Source: Negaprion brevirostris | Lineage: Eukaryota | Length of the DNA: 64,000 nt | NCBI GenBank assembly: GCA_030324005.1 | Contig: JARDVH010000137.1 | Coordinates: forward strand, 6,721,420 to 6,785,419 | Direction: 5' to 3' | In this document: positions 27,151-42,222 of the stretch, one piece after another | Numbering within the stretch: position 1 is the stretch's first letter | Layout: every line of letters begins with the position of its first letter | The notes under the pieces: generated by a model | Database searches by the model: none | Told to the model about the DNA's origin: nothing | Seen by the model: only the letters and a program-made list of their open reading frames with translations | Program-made: the position numbers and the translations under genes

Positions 27151-28514
27151 TAATTAAAAGGTTAAAATTTCCAACATAACTGGATTTTTAAGGCCTAAGA
27201 GTTGCAGAATAGGAAAGAGAATCAAAAGATAGAAGGAAAATTAAAAGATAGAAGGAAAATGGCTATTGGTATTAGGGATTTGTGAAGAAACAGACAAGTA
27301 AANNNNNNNNNNNNNNNNNNNNNNNNNNNNNNNNNNNNNNNNNNNNNNNNNNNNNNNNNNNNNNNNNNNNNNNNNNNNNNNNNNNNNNNNNNNNNNNNNN
27401 NNNNNNNNNNNNNNNNNNNNNNNNNNNNNNNNNNNNNNNNNNNNNNNNNNNNNNNNNNNNNNNNNNNNNNNNNNNNNNNNNNNNNNNNNNNNNNNNNNNN
27501 NNNNNNNNNNNNNNNNNNNNNNNNNNNNNNNNNNNNNNNNNNNNNNNNNNNNNNNNNNNNNNNNNNNNNNNNNNNNNNNNNNNNNNNNNNNNNNNNNNNN
27601 NNNNNNNNNNNNNNNNNNNNNNNNNNNNNNNNNNNNNNNNNNNNNNNNNNNNNNNNNNNNNNNNNNNNNNNNNNNNNNNNNNNNNNNNNNNNNNNNNNNN
27701 NNNNNNNNNNNNNNNNNNNNNNNNNNNNNNNNNNNNNNNNNNNNNNNNNNNNNNNNNNNNNNNNNNNNNNNNNNNNNNNNNNNNNNNNNNNNNNNNNNNN
27801 NNNNNNNNNNNNNNNNNNNNNNNNNNNNNNNNNNNNNNNNNNNNNNNNNNNNNNNNNNNNNNNNNNNNNNNNNNNNNNNNNNNNNNNNNCAGAGGAAACC
27901 CACACAGACACAGAGAGAACGCGCAGACTCCACACAGACATCAAGGTGTGAATTGAATCTGGGTCTCTGGCACTGAGGCAGCAGTATTAACCACTATGCC
28001 AGCGTGCCGTACTGCAAGGCAGTGCTAACTAACCCTATGACATTGAAGTTAAGGCGCTAGACTGGAATTTTTCTTATTGTTGATTCAGATCTGTGATCTG
28101 AAATATGATTTTGACAGTAAATCATAATTTTGGCAACCATCTTTATGGGGCAACAACACAATACTTATGTTTATAACCAAGTGGTCGGCATTTACTTAAT
28201 TAATCTGCTTAAATTGAATGCCGCAAGGCCAAAGTAACAATTTCTGTGGAAGGGGAAAGTAAAACAGCATGGAGACAGTAATTTATTTATCTCTACTATT
28301 TCATGATTTTCAAGTTGCAACATGTGGCCCAAACACACTGAAAATAACAAAATGGGATTGAAAAGGCATTTATGACCACCACTACTGGATCATGTTCAGT
28401 GATTTAAGGAATCACCTACGTTACAAAATTTAGGAGGTCAAAATTAATTTTACACCACCATATAATTATTAAAAGAAACCTTTCGCAAGTCCAGACATTT
28501 TCGTTGACATTCAC

Positions 28515-28619
28515 CTGAAGTTCTTGTAAAATGGCAGCAGCTTCTTTCAGCTCCCCATCTTCCTCCTTTATCATTGCTAAATGCTTGGTTAAGCGAGCAC
28601 GCTCAATTTCTACATAAAT
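28515..28619 (-). CDS. PSMD12: PSMD12 exon 5 ([35 protein letters not shown])
   Basis: 105 nt with TAG/GTGAAT boundaries; conserved [12 protein letters not shown] motif. Confidence 0.97.
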
Positions 28620-30027
28620 CTAGAAAAATAAATAGTTTGTATGAAGTTTTTTTTTGCTTTCAGGTTTTTACTATCCACAATCTATAAACATTTAATCTCT
28701 TAAAAATGGAATAATACAAACCAGGAAGGTCACAAGTATCATCTGTCGGAACCTAATGTGGAGTTTATTAAAATATTGCACCAATGCGTCATGTCATTCA
28801 ACAGTATTCGTTGAGAAGGACCCTCACATCAGACCCTAATCTCTTATCTATTGTGCCAGAAGTAGGGATTTGATAAGCACAAGTGAGTAGAGGTTGTTAG
28901 GAGGCAAAAAAAAACCACAAAACAAATATTCTGACATATGGCAACTGTTTTTGAAAATATATGTTTGTACAGTCTTGGGTTGGGCTTAGAAAAAGACCAA
29001 ATGGACCAGAAAAAAACTAATGATAATAACTGTAACATTCCATTTTGGAAACAAAGTATTTAGAAGGTTACATGGACACGATGGGTATAGAGGGATATGG
29101 GCCAAAAGCAGGCAATTGGGACTAGCTTAGTGGTTAAACAAAAAGGGTGGCATGGACAGATTGGGCCAAAGGGCCTGTTTCCATGCTGTAAACTTCAAAA
29201 TATGCTTGCCATGATTTACCACCTTCAGCAAAAAAGAAATTTGGCATGTGTAACAAATGATGATTCAGCAAACCTATGTCAATTGATGAGAAGGGTCCCA
29301 AGTCATTGACTGGATAAATGCACAAAATGGTTCAATTCACGGTTGCTGATTTTTTTTAGATGGCCATTGCAAGAATGTTGGTAAAGAACGGCAAAATTAA
29401 TTTCACTATGCTCTGCCTTAGCAATGACGCACAGTCAAACTGAGTGCTTGGGTGATAAAAATGGTCACATCATTAAGATTTTAGGGAGCTGCTTACATTC
29501 AGACCCTTGTCTTTGAGTTAAAAGAACTTACGTTCTAGACCCAATCCAGGTATAATGTATGCTGACACCTTATTGCAGTGCTGCATTGCTGAAATTGCCA
29601 TCTTTTGGATTAAACATTAAATTGAAAACATAAAAGATTCATAGACATTCTGTGCAGTATCCTGCTCAATATCAAAGATAAATAGTATGTGGTGAATTGC
29701 GCTATGGAATGGTTCAACAGGTACATAAAGCCCATACATTCTTCATGCACATTTTAATACAATCTATAGACTGACTGCTCTATAATTTGATAAATGATTA
29801 TACATTTAAATAATTTTGTTATACACAGGAAAGGGTTTGCATTGACACTGACATACATTCAATAGCAGTACTGTTTGAAAATTTAGGCAAATAAGCAATA
29901 ACGTCGAGCATATTGTTTGGTCAATGTATGCCATCTCAAAAGATTAAATAGTGCACATAAAAAGGTTTACTTTGAGGTAGATCTTGCAAAGAAGCATGCT
30001 TCTGGAACCAGATGAAAACATACTAAC

Positions 30028-30135
30028 CTTCCCAGCTGTGACAGTACGCAAAGTGTCTATCAATCTCAATTTGATTGGCAGGTCAGTGATCTGACTGACA
30101 TAAGTACAGCACTCTTGGACCATTTTTGTAACTGC
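30028..30135 (-). CDS. PSMD12: PSMD12 exon 4 ([36 protein letters not shown])
   Basis: 108 nt with CAG/GTTAGT boundaries; within ORF 29944..30210. Confidence 0.97.
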
Positions 30136-31013
30136 CTGCAAAATAAACACAAAGCAACACTTGCTGGATTTGTAAATACTAGTTACATTAAGTACAGTAA
30201 GAAGTCTCACAACACCAGGTTAAAGTCCAACCAATTTATTTGATAGTAAACCTCAAGCTTTGAGGTTTGCCCCTTCGTCAGATGAATGGAGAGCTCGGGC
30301 CTCAGACAGAGCAAATAACAGTGCATACAGTTTACAGATTACTGATTAGAATNNNNNNNNNNNNNNNNNNNNNNNNNNNNNNNNNNNNNNNNNNNNNNNN
30401 NNNNNNNNNNNNNNNNNNNNNNNNNNNNNNNNNNNNNNNNNNNNNNNNNNNNNNNNNNNNNNNNNNNNNNNNNNNNNNNNNNNNNNNNNNNNNNNNNNNN
30501 NNNNNNNNNNNNNNNNNNNNNNNNNNNNNNNNNNNNNNNNNNNNNNNNNNNNNNNNNNNNNNNNNNNNNNNNNNNNNNNNNNNNNNNNNNNNNNNNNNNN
30601 NNNNNNNNNNNNNNNNNNNNNNNNNNNNNNNNNNNNNNNNNNNNNNNNNNNNNNNNNNNNNNNNNNNNNNNNNNNNNNNNNNNNNNNNNNNNNNNNNNNN
30701 NNNNNNNNNNNNNNNNNNNNNNNNNNNNNNNNNNNNNNNNNNNNNNNNNNNAATTGTACAAAATACAAGCAAGATAAGAAAATAAAGTATGTATAAATAC
30801 TGTAAACCGGGATGTTGAAAATTCAGTCTTCTCAAAACAGAAATGCAAATGATCAACAATTACAAACTGGAGCTTAACTGACTTCAGGGATAAATATCAA
30901 TTAGACATTTGACTGTAAGCTTGTCCCTTTCGTATCCTCTGATAAAAGATCAGATTGCAGTTGCAGTCAGGAATAGTTTTAAAAGGTTTTTCTGCACAAT
31001 CTGTGGATCTTAC

Positions 31014-31142
31014 CTGTTTTAGTTGACTTCTCCTTTTAGATAGAAGTACAATATTTTCATTCAATGCATCCCAATCTTTTGCTTCATAACACATCTTCAC
31101 AATAGCAACCAGGATTCTTGATGTGGATGCCATATCAGAGGC
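31014..31142 (-). CDS. PSMD12: PSMD12 exon 3 ([43 protein letters not shown])
   Basis: 129 nt with AG/GTAAGA boundaries; overlaps ORF 30897..31133. Confidence 0.97.
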
Positions 31143-32882
31143 CTAGGATTTATAATGAAAATATAATGAGATTATTAATTATTGAGCTGTCAGTCAAAGT
31201 ATGAGCCAAATGCAGTGGAAACTCAAACAATTTAAAATTCAATCAATGGAATAGGGTTAGAAGGGTGAGCAAATGTCTACAGTAATTTCAAATTAGCCAA
31301 GAAAGGAACCGTAAACAATTGTACTTCTGAACTTGATTGGAATTTGCCTTTTGCATTAAAATATTGTAACAGCTTCCAGGACAATATTCCACCAAACTCC
31401 CCATGATCCTCAAATACTCCCTGTAGGATTCTAATACGGAGACTTATTTGTTGCTCCCCCCCCACTGCCCCTGAAACCAATCAAGCTTTCTTGTTCTACC
31501 ATTTGTGCTCCAGTAACTTATTCCTTCACATCTATGGGATTGACAGGAAACAAGAGATCCCTCAACCATACTTCTCTGCAGTCCTACCACAGCCAGTTGT
31601 GAATCTTGCTGGATAATTAAATAACTAACGAAAGGAGAAGGCGGCTCCATAAATATCTCCAATGATGGAGGATCCCAGGGTGTCAGAGCAAAAGACACGG
31701 CTGAAGCTTTTGCAACTGACTTCAGCCAGACGTGCTGAGTGGATGATCCATCTTGGCTTCCTCTTGAAGTCTCTATAATAGATACTGGTCCTTAGACAAT
31801 TTAATTTACTCCATATAATAACAAGNNNNNNNNNNNNNNNNNNNNNNNNNNNNNNNNNNNNNNNNNNNNNNNNNNNNNNNNNNNNNNNNNNNNNNNNNNN
31901 NNNNNNNNNNNNNNNNNNNNNNNNNGCCAGACGTGCTGAGTGGATGATCCATCTTGGCTTCCTCTTGAAGTCTCTATCATAGATACTGGTCCTTAGACAA
32001 TTTAATTTACTCCATATAATAACAAGCAGCTGAATGTATTGGATATAACAAAGGCTATGGCCCCAACATTCCAATTGGACTACTCGTGCAGATTTACATT
32101 CCAAAACTAGCTGTGACCTTAGCTAAGCTGGTCCAGTGCAGCTATACTATTGGCATCTATCCAAACTATCCAGGTACATCCCATTCATAAAAACAGGACA
32201 AATCCAATCTGGTAAATTGCGGTCTCATTAGTCTATCCTCAGTCTTCAAAGTGATGGAATCCATCGTTGACAGCCCTATCCAATTGCACTGTGTTGAAAT
32301 AATTTCATCAATGCTCAGTTTGGGTTCTGCCAGGACCACCGAACTCCAGTCCTTATTAACGCCTTGATCCAGACAAGGTTCACTTAGCTGATTTTTGGGT
32401 GAAGCAGTTGTCTTCTGAGGAAAGGTTGAGTAGGTCAGTCCTATACTTGAGTGTTTAGAAGAACGAGAGTTGATTTTATTGAAACACAAAAGGTTCTGAA
32501 GGAGTCTAAAAGGGTAGGTGCAGGAAGGATGTTTCCCCTTGTGGGTGAATCAAGAACGAGGGGGGTGGGGGAAGCATAGTTTAAAAATACAGATTTTCCA
32601 TTTAATTTGGAGACAAGGAGGAATTTTTCCCTCTGAGGGTTGCGAGCCTTTGGAAATCTCTTCACCAGAGTGCAGTGGAGGCTTGATCACTGAATATATT
32701 CAAGACTGAATTAGTAAAATTTTTATTGTTGAAGGAGTCAAGAGTTATGGAGGTCAAGCAAAAGAGTTTAGGCCATAATCAAATTAGCCATGGTCTTACT
32801 GAACGGTGGAGCAGGTTCACTTGGCCAAATATTCTACTCCTGCTCCTATGTGATATGATCTCAAAAAAAAACTTGTACTTAC

Positions 32883-32942
32883 CGTTCGGGTCTGCTTTTC
32901 CAATGACAAAAGGTTATCAATAGCCTCCTGCAATCTTCCATC
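32883..32942 (-). CDS. PSMD12: PSMD12 exon 2 ([20 protein letters not shown])
   Basis: 60 nt with AG acceptor and GTAAGT donor; matches human [20 protein letters not shown]. Confidence 0.96.
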
Positions 32943-34711
32943 CTACACAACAACAAAAATTTATTATCACAGGAAAAATAGATTGCATACAAAGCAATAC
33001 GAATTGTTCCTACTTCCTATATTCCTGACATATCAAATCAGATTCCATGTTCAATTCTTAATCTGACATTTGAAGGAAATATGTAAAAGTACACAGGCAA
33101 TTTTTGGAAGTTTACCATTTTCTACTGCTGTACAAAAATAAATAGGATTAAAATAAAATGCACACCTGCATCTTCAAAAAAAATATGGTGGGTTCCACCT
33201 TCCTCAGGTGTCTGACAAAAGTAGTAAATAATGAAACAAATTAACCCAATTAAATTCAACAACTGACAAAACAAAACACTGACTAAATATGGCGTCAAAA
33301 GGAATGCACACTGAAACTGCTACCCAAGATAGTCAGAATTCCTGCACCTGCCAAGCAAAAGGCAGCCAAGAACAGGTCAGGGCCAAAACAGCACCAATGA
33401 TTGGAACACAGCATGCACAGAATTGAACCACAGGTAAACGTAATAGCTAAGAGTTAGTGTACCGTGAAGGTCAAGAATCTATATGTGCAATCAAACTCAA
33501 CCACAGGGCCACGCTGTTCAATGAGTTCAGTTATTATTTTCTGGAACTTGGTAATTTCTTAAACAGATGGAAACAGATGAGATGAATGCAGAGTTTAGAA
33601 AAGCGAGTAAAATGCTCAAGTGTGCGTGCAGGCAGGATTGTATGATTATAAAGTAACATTACAACATAAACGCAGAGAAATCACCTATCCACTAAATCTC
33701 AAATTTCCCATCATTAGCACAGTGCAGCAAATGACCTTTTAATAAGTGGGGTGCATACAGTGCTCTAAATTTCAACTGTGTTCAAAGTAGATGCTCAGAA
33801 GGATTAAACAGGTGAGTGAAATAAGTGACATTTAGAATAAATTAACCTGCTTTCAAAATAAATTCAAGATTAAAGCGAGTCTCAGTAATGACAAAAGGCA
33901 CTATTAAATCAACGTAGAAACCCATCTGGGTCGCCAAGATCCTTGTAAGGATGTCCCTATCTGGCCGCAAAGACCTGATGTTAGCACTCTACTCAGATTT
34001 CTACCCTTCCCATTCTGCCACCAACCATTTACCAAATTTACATCCATTCATGAATAGTGAAAGATTATTTAAATGTCCCAACATTTTAAGTTAGCGAAAA
34101 AAGTGTGTCAAAACACTACTGCTGTGAAAAGGGAGTATAGCTCGGCTTCCTCTAACCATTGTGCCGTATAAAATGAGGACTCTCAGAACAGCTATACTCC
34201 GCACTTCTGAAGGGCCTAGTTTATAAGTCTAGGTGAGAAATGGAGTTCCAAAGCTATGTGAAAAAAAAAGTATCGGTTTGAGAACTCTGATTGCCACTCC
34301 TCGGAAGATTCGGCTCACTGTGTGCCTGGCTTCATAGTAGAGGACAAAAACCATATCAGAAATTGTGGGGAAATCAGAGAGAAGGAACAGGAAGTGGTTA
34401 ATATTTGCAAATGAAAAAGAACCTTAAAAAAAAAGATTGGAAAGTTGAATATGCTTAAAAAGCCTTGATGCCTGCACCCTAGGATTCGAAAAGAGACAAC
34501 TGCAGAGATAGTGGATGCATTGGCTTCATCTTCCAAAATTCCTTAACATCCTAGAACAATCCCCTTTTAGAGTGCCAAATCTAACTGCTCGATTCAAGAG
34601 GAACTGTACGTCAGTTAATCTCAAGGGACCACGACAACAAATAATGGGATTGCTTGACTGAACTGGTTTATGGGCACAAAATATAGTAAATATAAATGGC
34701 TCATTCGAGAC

Positions 34712-35474
34712 AGTAAGAAGTTTTACAACACCAGGTTAAAGTCCAACGTATTTATTATTTGGTAGCAAAAGCCATTAGCTTTCAGAGTGCTTGCTGCTCC
34801 TTCGTCGGGTGAGTGGAAGTTCTATTCACAAACAGGGCATATAAAGACAAACTCAAATTTACAAAATACTGATTAGCAAAGACTCGCCTTCCAATCAAGT
34901 ATTAAAAAGGTACAGACAATGTGAATGGAGACAGCGTTAAGTACAGGTTAAAAAGAGATGTGTATTGTCTCCATACAGGACAGTTTCCTGTTCTTGGTGC
35001 GCATGTAGATGGGGTAGTGTAGGTGGTGTAGCAAGTTACCCAGCCTTCAGAACAGCAACCACGACACTACACAAGCCTGCCACAGCAACCTCTGCAAGAC
35101 GTGCCAGATCATCAACACAGATGCCATCACCTCACGTGAGAACACCATCCACTAGGTACATACTCTTGCAACTCGGCCAAAGTTGTCTACCTGATACGCT
35201 GCAGGAAAGGATGTCCCAAGGCACGGTACATTGGGGAGACCATACAGACGCTACAACAATGGAAGAACGAACACTGCTCGACAATCACCAGGCAAGGCTG
35301 TTCTCTTCCTGTTAGGGAACACTTCAGTGGTCATGGACATTCAGCCTCTGATCTTCGGGTAAGCATTTTCCAAGGCGGCCTTCACGACACGATAGTGCAG
35401 AGTCGCTGGGCAGAAACCGAGAGTCAAGTTCTGCACACAAGGTCAGCCTCAACCGAGATCTTGGGTTCATGTCA
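34712..35474. mobile_element. Penelope-like element with an inverted terminal segment
   Basis: Reverse 3' end agtaagaagttttacaacaccaggtt, then a forward GIY-YIG-like remnant (YSCNSAKVVYLIRCRKGCP..YIGET). Confidence 0.75.
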
Positions 35475-35974
35475 NNNNNNNNNNNNNNNNNNNNNNNNNN
35501 NNNNNNNNNNNNNNNNNNNNNNNNNNNNNNNNNNNNNNNNNNNNNNNNNNNNNNNNNNNNNNNNNNNNNNNNNNCTGTGCTTGGACCTCAATTATTTGTA
35601 ATACATATTAATAACTTAGATGAGACAACCTAAGGTACTGTGTTCAAGTTGCTGACTGTACAAAGCCAGGTGAGAAAGATGCAAAGAGGCAGCTAGGGTA
35701 TATAGAATAGTTAAGTGAATGGGCAGGGTGTATGAGTTGGTGCACAAGATAGTCCTGCAATCACATAGGATACTGGGGAGAAAGAACATAAGAATGTGGA
35801 TAAGGACAAGCAGAGTGGGACAGAGTTTAACAAAAATTTACATCAGCAAATAAATTCAGTGCATGGAATAGAAGTAAAATTTGAAATGAAAAAAGGTACT
35901 TCATCTGATGCATAAATCTTCAATAAAGTAGATGAATTCATGGCACAAATAAGCTATTTAGAACCAATCACAGT

Positions 35975-37620
35975 AAGAACTAGGAGCAGGAGTATGTCAT
36001 TCTAGCCCCTCGAGCCTGTTCCGCCATTCAATAAAATCATGGCTGATCTTTTTGTGGACTCAGCTCCACTTACCCGCCTGCTCACAATAACCCTTATGTC
36101 TTTACTGTTCTAAAATCTATCTCCCCTCATTATTCTAAATTCCAATGAGTATAGTCCCAGTTGACTCAGTCTCTCCTCATAAGCCAACCCTCCGAACTCC
36201 AGAATCAACCTAGTGAATCTCTTTTGCACCCCTTCCAGTGCCAGAATATCCTTTAAAGGTGTTCAAAACTGTACACAGTACTCCAGGAGTGACGTCACCA
36301 ACACCTTATACAATTGCAACATAACCTCACCGTTTTAAACTCCATCCCTCTATCAATGAAGGACAAAATTCCATTTGCCTTGTTAATTACCTGCTGCACA
36401 TGCAAACCACCTTCTTGTGATTCCTGCACAAGGACATCCAGGTCCCTCCGCACAGTAGCATGCTGCAGTTTTTTAACCATTTAAATAAAAGTGCAATTTG
36501 CTGGTATTCCTACCAAAATGGGTGACCTCATATTTACCAATATTTTTTTAAACAGGGGCATCACATGTGCTGCTTTCCAATCTGCCATAACCACCCCAAA
36601 GTGCAGTGAATTTTGGAAAATTACTATGAGTGTATTTGCTTTTCCCCTCCGCTATCTGTTTTAGTACCCTGGGATGCATTCCATTAGGGCCAGGAGACTT
36701 GTCTATCTTTTAGCCCTATTACCTTGCCCAACACTAACTCTTTAGTGATAATGATTGTTTCTAGGACTTCACCTGCCATAGCCTTCTTGTCATCAATTTC
36801 TGGCATGTTATTTGTGTCTTCCACTGTGAAGACCGACACAAAAATATCTGTTCGATGCCTCGGCTACTCATCATTTCCCGTTGTTAAATCCACCTCCTCA
36901 TCCTCTAAAAGCAGTGTTTACCACAGCCATTCATTTTCATTTTATGCATGTGTAGAAATCTTTGACTCTTTATATTGAGCTAGTTTACTCGCACTCTTCT
37001 TTATTTCTTCTTTCGTGGCTTTCTGCTGATCTTCAAAAGATTTCCCAATCCTCTAGTTTCACCCCAATCTTTGCCACTTTGTATGCATTTTCTTTCAAAT
37101 TAATACCCTCCTTTATTTACTTAGGTAAATATGGCTGATTATCCCTTTTCACTGGTATATACTTTTGATGGGCACTGTGAAAAATTGCTTTGAAAGTCCT
37201 CCACTGTTCCTCAATTGTCCCACCATGAAGTCTTTGCTCCCAGTCTACTTTAGCCAACTCCTCTCTCATTGTCGTCTTTGTTTAAAGCACTAAACAATGG
37301 TACTGGACTTTACCTTCTCAGCCTCTATCTATATTTTAAATTCAGTCATACTGTGATCACTCCTTCTGAAAGGATGAATTATTCCTGTCATGACCAAATC
37401 TAGGATAGCTTCCTCCTTTGTAGATTCCATTACATACTGTTTGATGAAACTGTCACGGATATGTTCTATGAACTCCTCAAGACTGGCTTGACCAATTGAC
37501 ACGTAAATGAAAATCTACCCATGATAATTGCTGTACCATTTTTAAATGCATGTTATTTCTTTGAGTATTGCTTGCTACGCCGTGATATTATTTGGCGGCC
37601 TATAGACTACACCTATCAGT
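35975..37620 (-). mobile_element. CR1 LINE remnant
   Basis: RDLDVLVQES..VQQVINKANGILSFI in ORF 36295..36480; CR1 3' UTR at ~35975-36110. Confidence 0.85.
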
Positions 37621-40600
37621 GAGTAAACACCTAGCATATTGTTTATAGTTTGATTTTCTTATACTTGTCTTAAAAGGCATAAGGCTCATTGGATTGATTT
37701 CTGAGATGATTCATGCAATGAGGAGAGATTGAGTAGAACGGAGTTATATTCTTGGGAGTTTAGAAGAATGAAAAGTAAAAGTAATGTCAAACATAAAAGA
37801 TTTCACAGGGTGTAAGATGAGAGGCTGTAAAGTTATACACGTCACGCTGAAAACGATAGGACTGAACTTGCAGTCAGCGGCAAAAAGTGAGGCAGCACTT
37901 GCCATTGATCGAGGCAAACTGCTCACAAAAGATACATAGAAACTTAAATGGATAAAAAACATTCAAGTTGAATTTTTAATTATGGAATGGAGGAAAGTGA
38001 TAATTCCACAATTAAAAATATCATGGGTGAAATGACTCTGTAATGCAGATTTCTAAGTTTCCAAGAAAATATCACTGCTGGAGGCTTCAGTTCTTGATAC
38101 TATGAACAGATGCTGAGCTTACGGTATTTTTGTTAACTTGTGAAGTGCCTTGTGGTTTTAAACTTGACTCACTGTCCTGCAACTCCAATTTAATAGCTAG
38201 ATCCCTTTTTGATCTGCAAGATTTTAACAGTCTTTTGAAATAAATACTCTGGCGAATGTGTTACGAAGAAGTTGTTAAAAAAAACTTTCACTTCTTATCG
38301 TTTAGAGATTGAGTAAAATCAAACCTCAAAAACAATTTAGAAATTTAATTTTTTAAACAGTCAACCAGAGTCAATTTCATACATTTATGACTTTACGCTC
38401 AGGGACAGAGGGCAATCCTATTGGTTGCTGAATGACTTATTTCACACACTGCAGTAATTCAGCCAAACAAACACAGTTTCCTGTCACCATTACCCTCTAC
38501 TGTGCACCAAGGAAACTTCTGTTTCTGTAGCTTGCAATCAGATCAGCTTCACCTCAGGACCTAGAACCTAGTCCAGGTAAAGTTAAAGTTAAAGTTACAG
38601 ACTTAAAAACCCCTGCTGACTGCTTCCCATTGGGCAGGCCTCCACTTGCTCAACAAGCCAGTTCATACTCCAAAGCCCAAAAGGGAGATCTTTTGATGAT
38701 CCACCATGACCTTTGTGATCATAACATCCTGCTCCCCAGGTCTGCTCCTCTCACAGCACCCCTACTGATGTAGTTCTTTCCATTGGTTGGCACTCAGGCA
38801 GAGGTCTGAAGAAGATGGGCAGGGTCAGCTGGTGTAAACCGAACAAGATTCTCTTTTGGAGGGAGCAAAGCAGTGTTACTGAAGTAGGTTCCTCCTCAGG
38901 TTCAGCTTCAGCCCAGGAAGTCTATTTTCTCAGCCATCATCTGAATCTGTACCTTCACTATCTGGAGGAGCCAACTTTGAGCTGAAGGCTGGAACTGGCT
39001 GCATCTCACTGGTCCTGAAATAGTTCAAGTGCTTCTTTGGGGTTTTACCATGACCTTTGACTGTGTAAGAAACTGGTTCTGTTTCCTCCATAACTATCCA
39101 TGGGACCAATCTTGGACCATCCTGAAGTTCCTTACATGGACCAGATCACCTGTTGCAAAAGTTCTGTCCTTGTAGAATCCCAAGTTTCTTTTTTGGTTTT
39201 GTTGAGACAAGTTTTGGAAATAGTAGATTCAGTCTGATACAAAGCCATCATCCCATTAACTGCTCTGCTGGAGCCTCACCTGTTGTGGTACGCAGTGTTG
39301 TTCTGCAATTGAAAGAAATGTGTGCCAATCTGGCCTCCACAGATGCCATCATTTGTTTCTTGTTGCCTTTTTTAAACATTGGAACTGCCTGCTTTGCTAG
39401 TCCATTTGACAATGGGTGGCAAGATGCAGTTTGGACACGTTGGATACCATTGGAGAGCACAGTTCTGGAAATCACTGCTAGTAAGGGACGTGGCATCATC
39501 GGAAACCAAATTTCGATTGACCAAATTTTCTTGATCATAGCTTGTGATGTCTTGGAGCCTACGCATTGCACTCCAACAGAGTGTGCTCCCACCACGATTC
39601 AAAACATGGAACCCATAGAAAAAGGGTCCTGCAAAGTTCACATGTCGATGCACCCAAGGCCTCCCAGGCCACTGCCATAGGTGTAGAGAGGCTGAGGACT
39701 TCTGATTTTCCTGGCACAGGTCATATCACTTTACCAAGGTCAGTAATGTCAGAGTCAAGACCAAGCCAGACATTACTGCTAGCCAGCACCTTCATTTTTG
39801 ATACCTGTGGCTGGTCATTATGTAGTTCCGTTAATTTTGGATGCCATCCTGGAGGTAGAACAATTACTCGGGACCTCAAAGAATGATCGTGCCCTGAACA
39901 CAAAGTTCAGCTTTCTTAACAAGTTGAATTTAATCTCTTTGGAAGGTCATGCTTGGAGTCCCTTGCATAGAATCATGTGCCTTATTTTGGATAAGATTGG
40001 GCCTTTTTGGATCCAGGATTCGATCTGCCTTGCTGACTCCAGCAAGGTCTCCAAAACAGTCAGATTCAATGACCCCTTCTAATGCAGGCTTGGGGCAAGA
40101 GGCAACTCAGTGCATCAATATTAGCCATCCAGGTCCTAGAATGGTGCTCTAGGAGANNNNNNNNNNACAAGACACCGCAGTGTAACAGAATGACGGGGGA
40201 GGAGCTGGGGAATTGCCTTGTCTTCTTTGAAGAGGTCCAGTATGGGGTTATGGTCAATAACTATAAGAAACCCATCGACTGTAGACACACTGATGGAACT
40301 TCGTCATACCCAATATAACCACCAACCTTTTATTTTCAATTTGAGAATACCTTCACTCTGCATCTGAGGTCTCTGTAATGGCTTTTCTGTCCTGTCTTTC
40401 CGGTGATGTGACAGCACCGCCCCTACCTCCTATGAGGATGCACCACAAGTCAATATGAATTTTTAGGGTTAAAATGGACCAGTAGGTTAGTTGACAGCAG
40501 CCAATGTTTAATTTTAGACAAGGCCTCAAAGTAGATTTGAAACCAGTGTGCCATATACATAGGTGAGACACATTCAAAGTACCACAATGAAAATAATGTT

Positions 40601-41115
40601 TGAACAAGTATTATAGATTTAAACTGCATTTTTGTATTTTGAGTGCTTTGGCCATCAAGCAGTTTGCCCCTTGGCATAATGGGAAAATGTTTAAGACAGA
40701 CTGTATTCTTTTGGAATAAATAACATACCCCATTATTAGAGGGGGACTACACACCTGTGGTACCGAGGTTTTTGTAATGACTGAAAGGATGCAGCTTCTA
40801 GCTGTAATGATTGATGCAATGTAGCCACTACTAATAAAAAAGGTGCTGGGAAAAGGCGGGAAGATCAAGTCTTCAGAAACATAACTGTTGGGCTCATGTG
40901 ATGTAACATCAGAGACAGGCTAGAATCCTCTGACCATCTCTCTCCCAATGTGTGTTGGTTAAATAAAACTTTTACTGCATACTGTCTTTCACAAGTCTGT
41001 GTGTTTGCTGTATTCAACTGAATACGAGACACCCCAGGAAGTCACTGAGAAATTCCCCTTACGTAAATCAATTCAGCCCAATTTGCTAAAGCTCGGTTTG
41101 TGTCTTTACACAAAT

Positions 41116-41177
41116 GAGAGAGAGAGAGGGAGAGAGAGAGAGAGAGGGAGAGAGAGAGAGAGAGGGAGAGAGAGAGA
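41116..41177. repeat. (GA)n microsatellite with periodic GG interruptions
   Basis: Seen directly in the sequence. Confidence 0.95.
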
Positions 41178-42222
41178 AAAAGAGAAGTGGATTGTTGCTT
41201 TTATGTCACTGGAGCCACTGTGGTGTCTTTTACCTGTAAAGTCTCCCTAGTGTACACGGCTGGCCTAGGCTACATATCATCCAATCTCAGGAATTGGGTG
41301 CTTGATTGGAGATACCCATTGGTCTGTTCTCTAATAACAGGGACTGCAGCTCTTGAATATCTTCATCCTTAAGGGATGGCCATTTGCTAGCAAGTCCACC
41401 ATTTTTGGAGCAACTTTCGTCATTACAATGTAATTCAGTTGTAGTGATCCTGAGGGGATACCTGCATCATATGCATAGGTACTGGCCTCAATCTTCTTCC
41501 CAAGCAGCACAAGTTTTACCTGTTCCTGAAATATTGCTCTTTGACAATGTTTTCAATAATCCATTATCAAGCAACATACACCTTTCTGGGTATGTTCTTT
41601 AATACTCTGAGCCAGCACTGCTACTTCTTGACAGTCTGGTGGTGACATTAGGGTTTCAATACGAAATGGTGCCTTGAACAATTGATTGAAAACACACACT
41701 CAAGAACTGGCTGCATGAGGTCCCTCTCCCTAATTGGAAGACACTGCTGCTCGATGCCCCTTGTAGTTCCCGGGCCCCTTTTTCTGCATTCTCAAACGAT
41801 AAAGGCTGTCTCAATGGATTTTAAAAAATGATAATTGGTTCCTGCTAACAGTTTTGTTTTGGATAGTTAGATTGGTTTGTGGCATAAATGACCTCTGTCT
41901 CAATTTTTCGTTAAGAAATGGTACAAATTCAGTGTTCAGCTAGTTTGCTTAGATCAACATATTCCCAAGGGGTTCTCCCAGCCATGTTGAAGTGAATCTC
42001 TGGAGAATTAGCAGGGACTTCAGGTCATAATGTTTTTTTAAAAATAGTTCTATCAGTTCATTAAAAGTTTGAGTCAGAGCGTCCAGATAGGTCAGACACT
42101 TACATGTCCTTCCCATGCAATCNNNNNNNNNNNNNNNNNNNNNNNNNNNNNNNNNNNNNNNNNNNNNNNNNNNNNNNNNNNNNNNNNNNNNNNNNNNNNN
42201 NNNNNNNNNNNNNNNNNNNNNN

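Noticed and set aside
31725-32026. ~100-bp direct duplication flanking a 100-N gap
   Set aside because: The copies differ by one base and abut the gap, so this is probably an unmerged contig or haplotype overlap.
39153-39886. Plus-strand ORFs of 175 aa and 106 aa
   Set aside because: Antisense shadows of the Gypsy integrase remnant.
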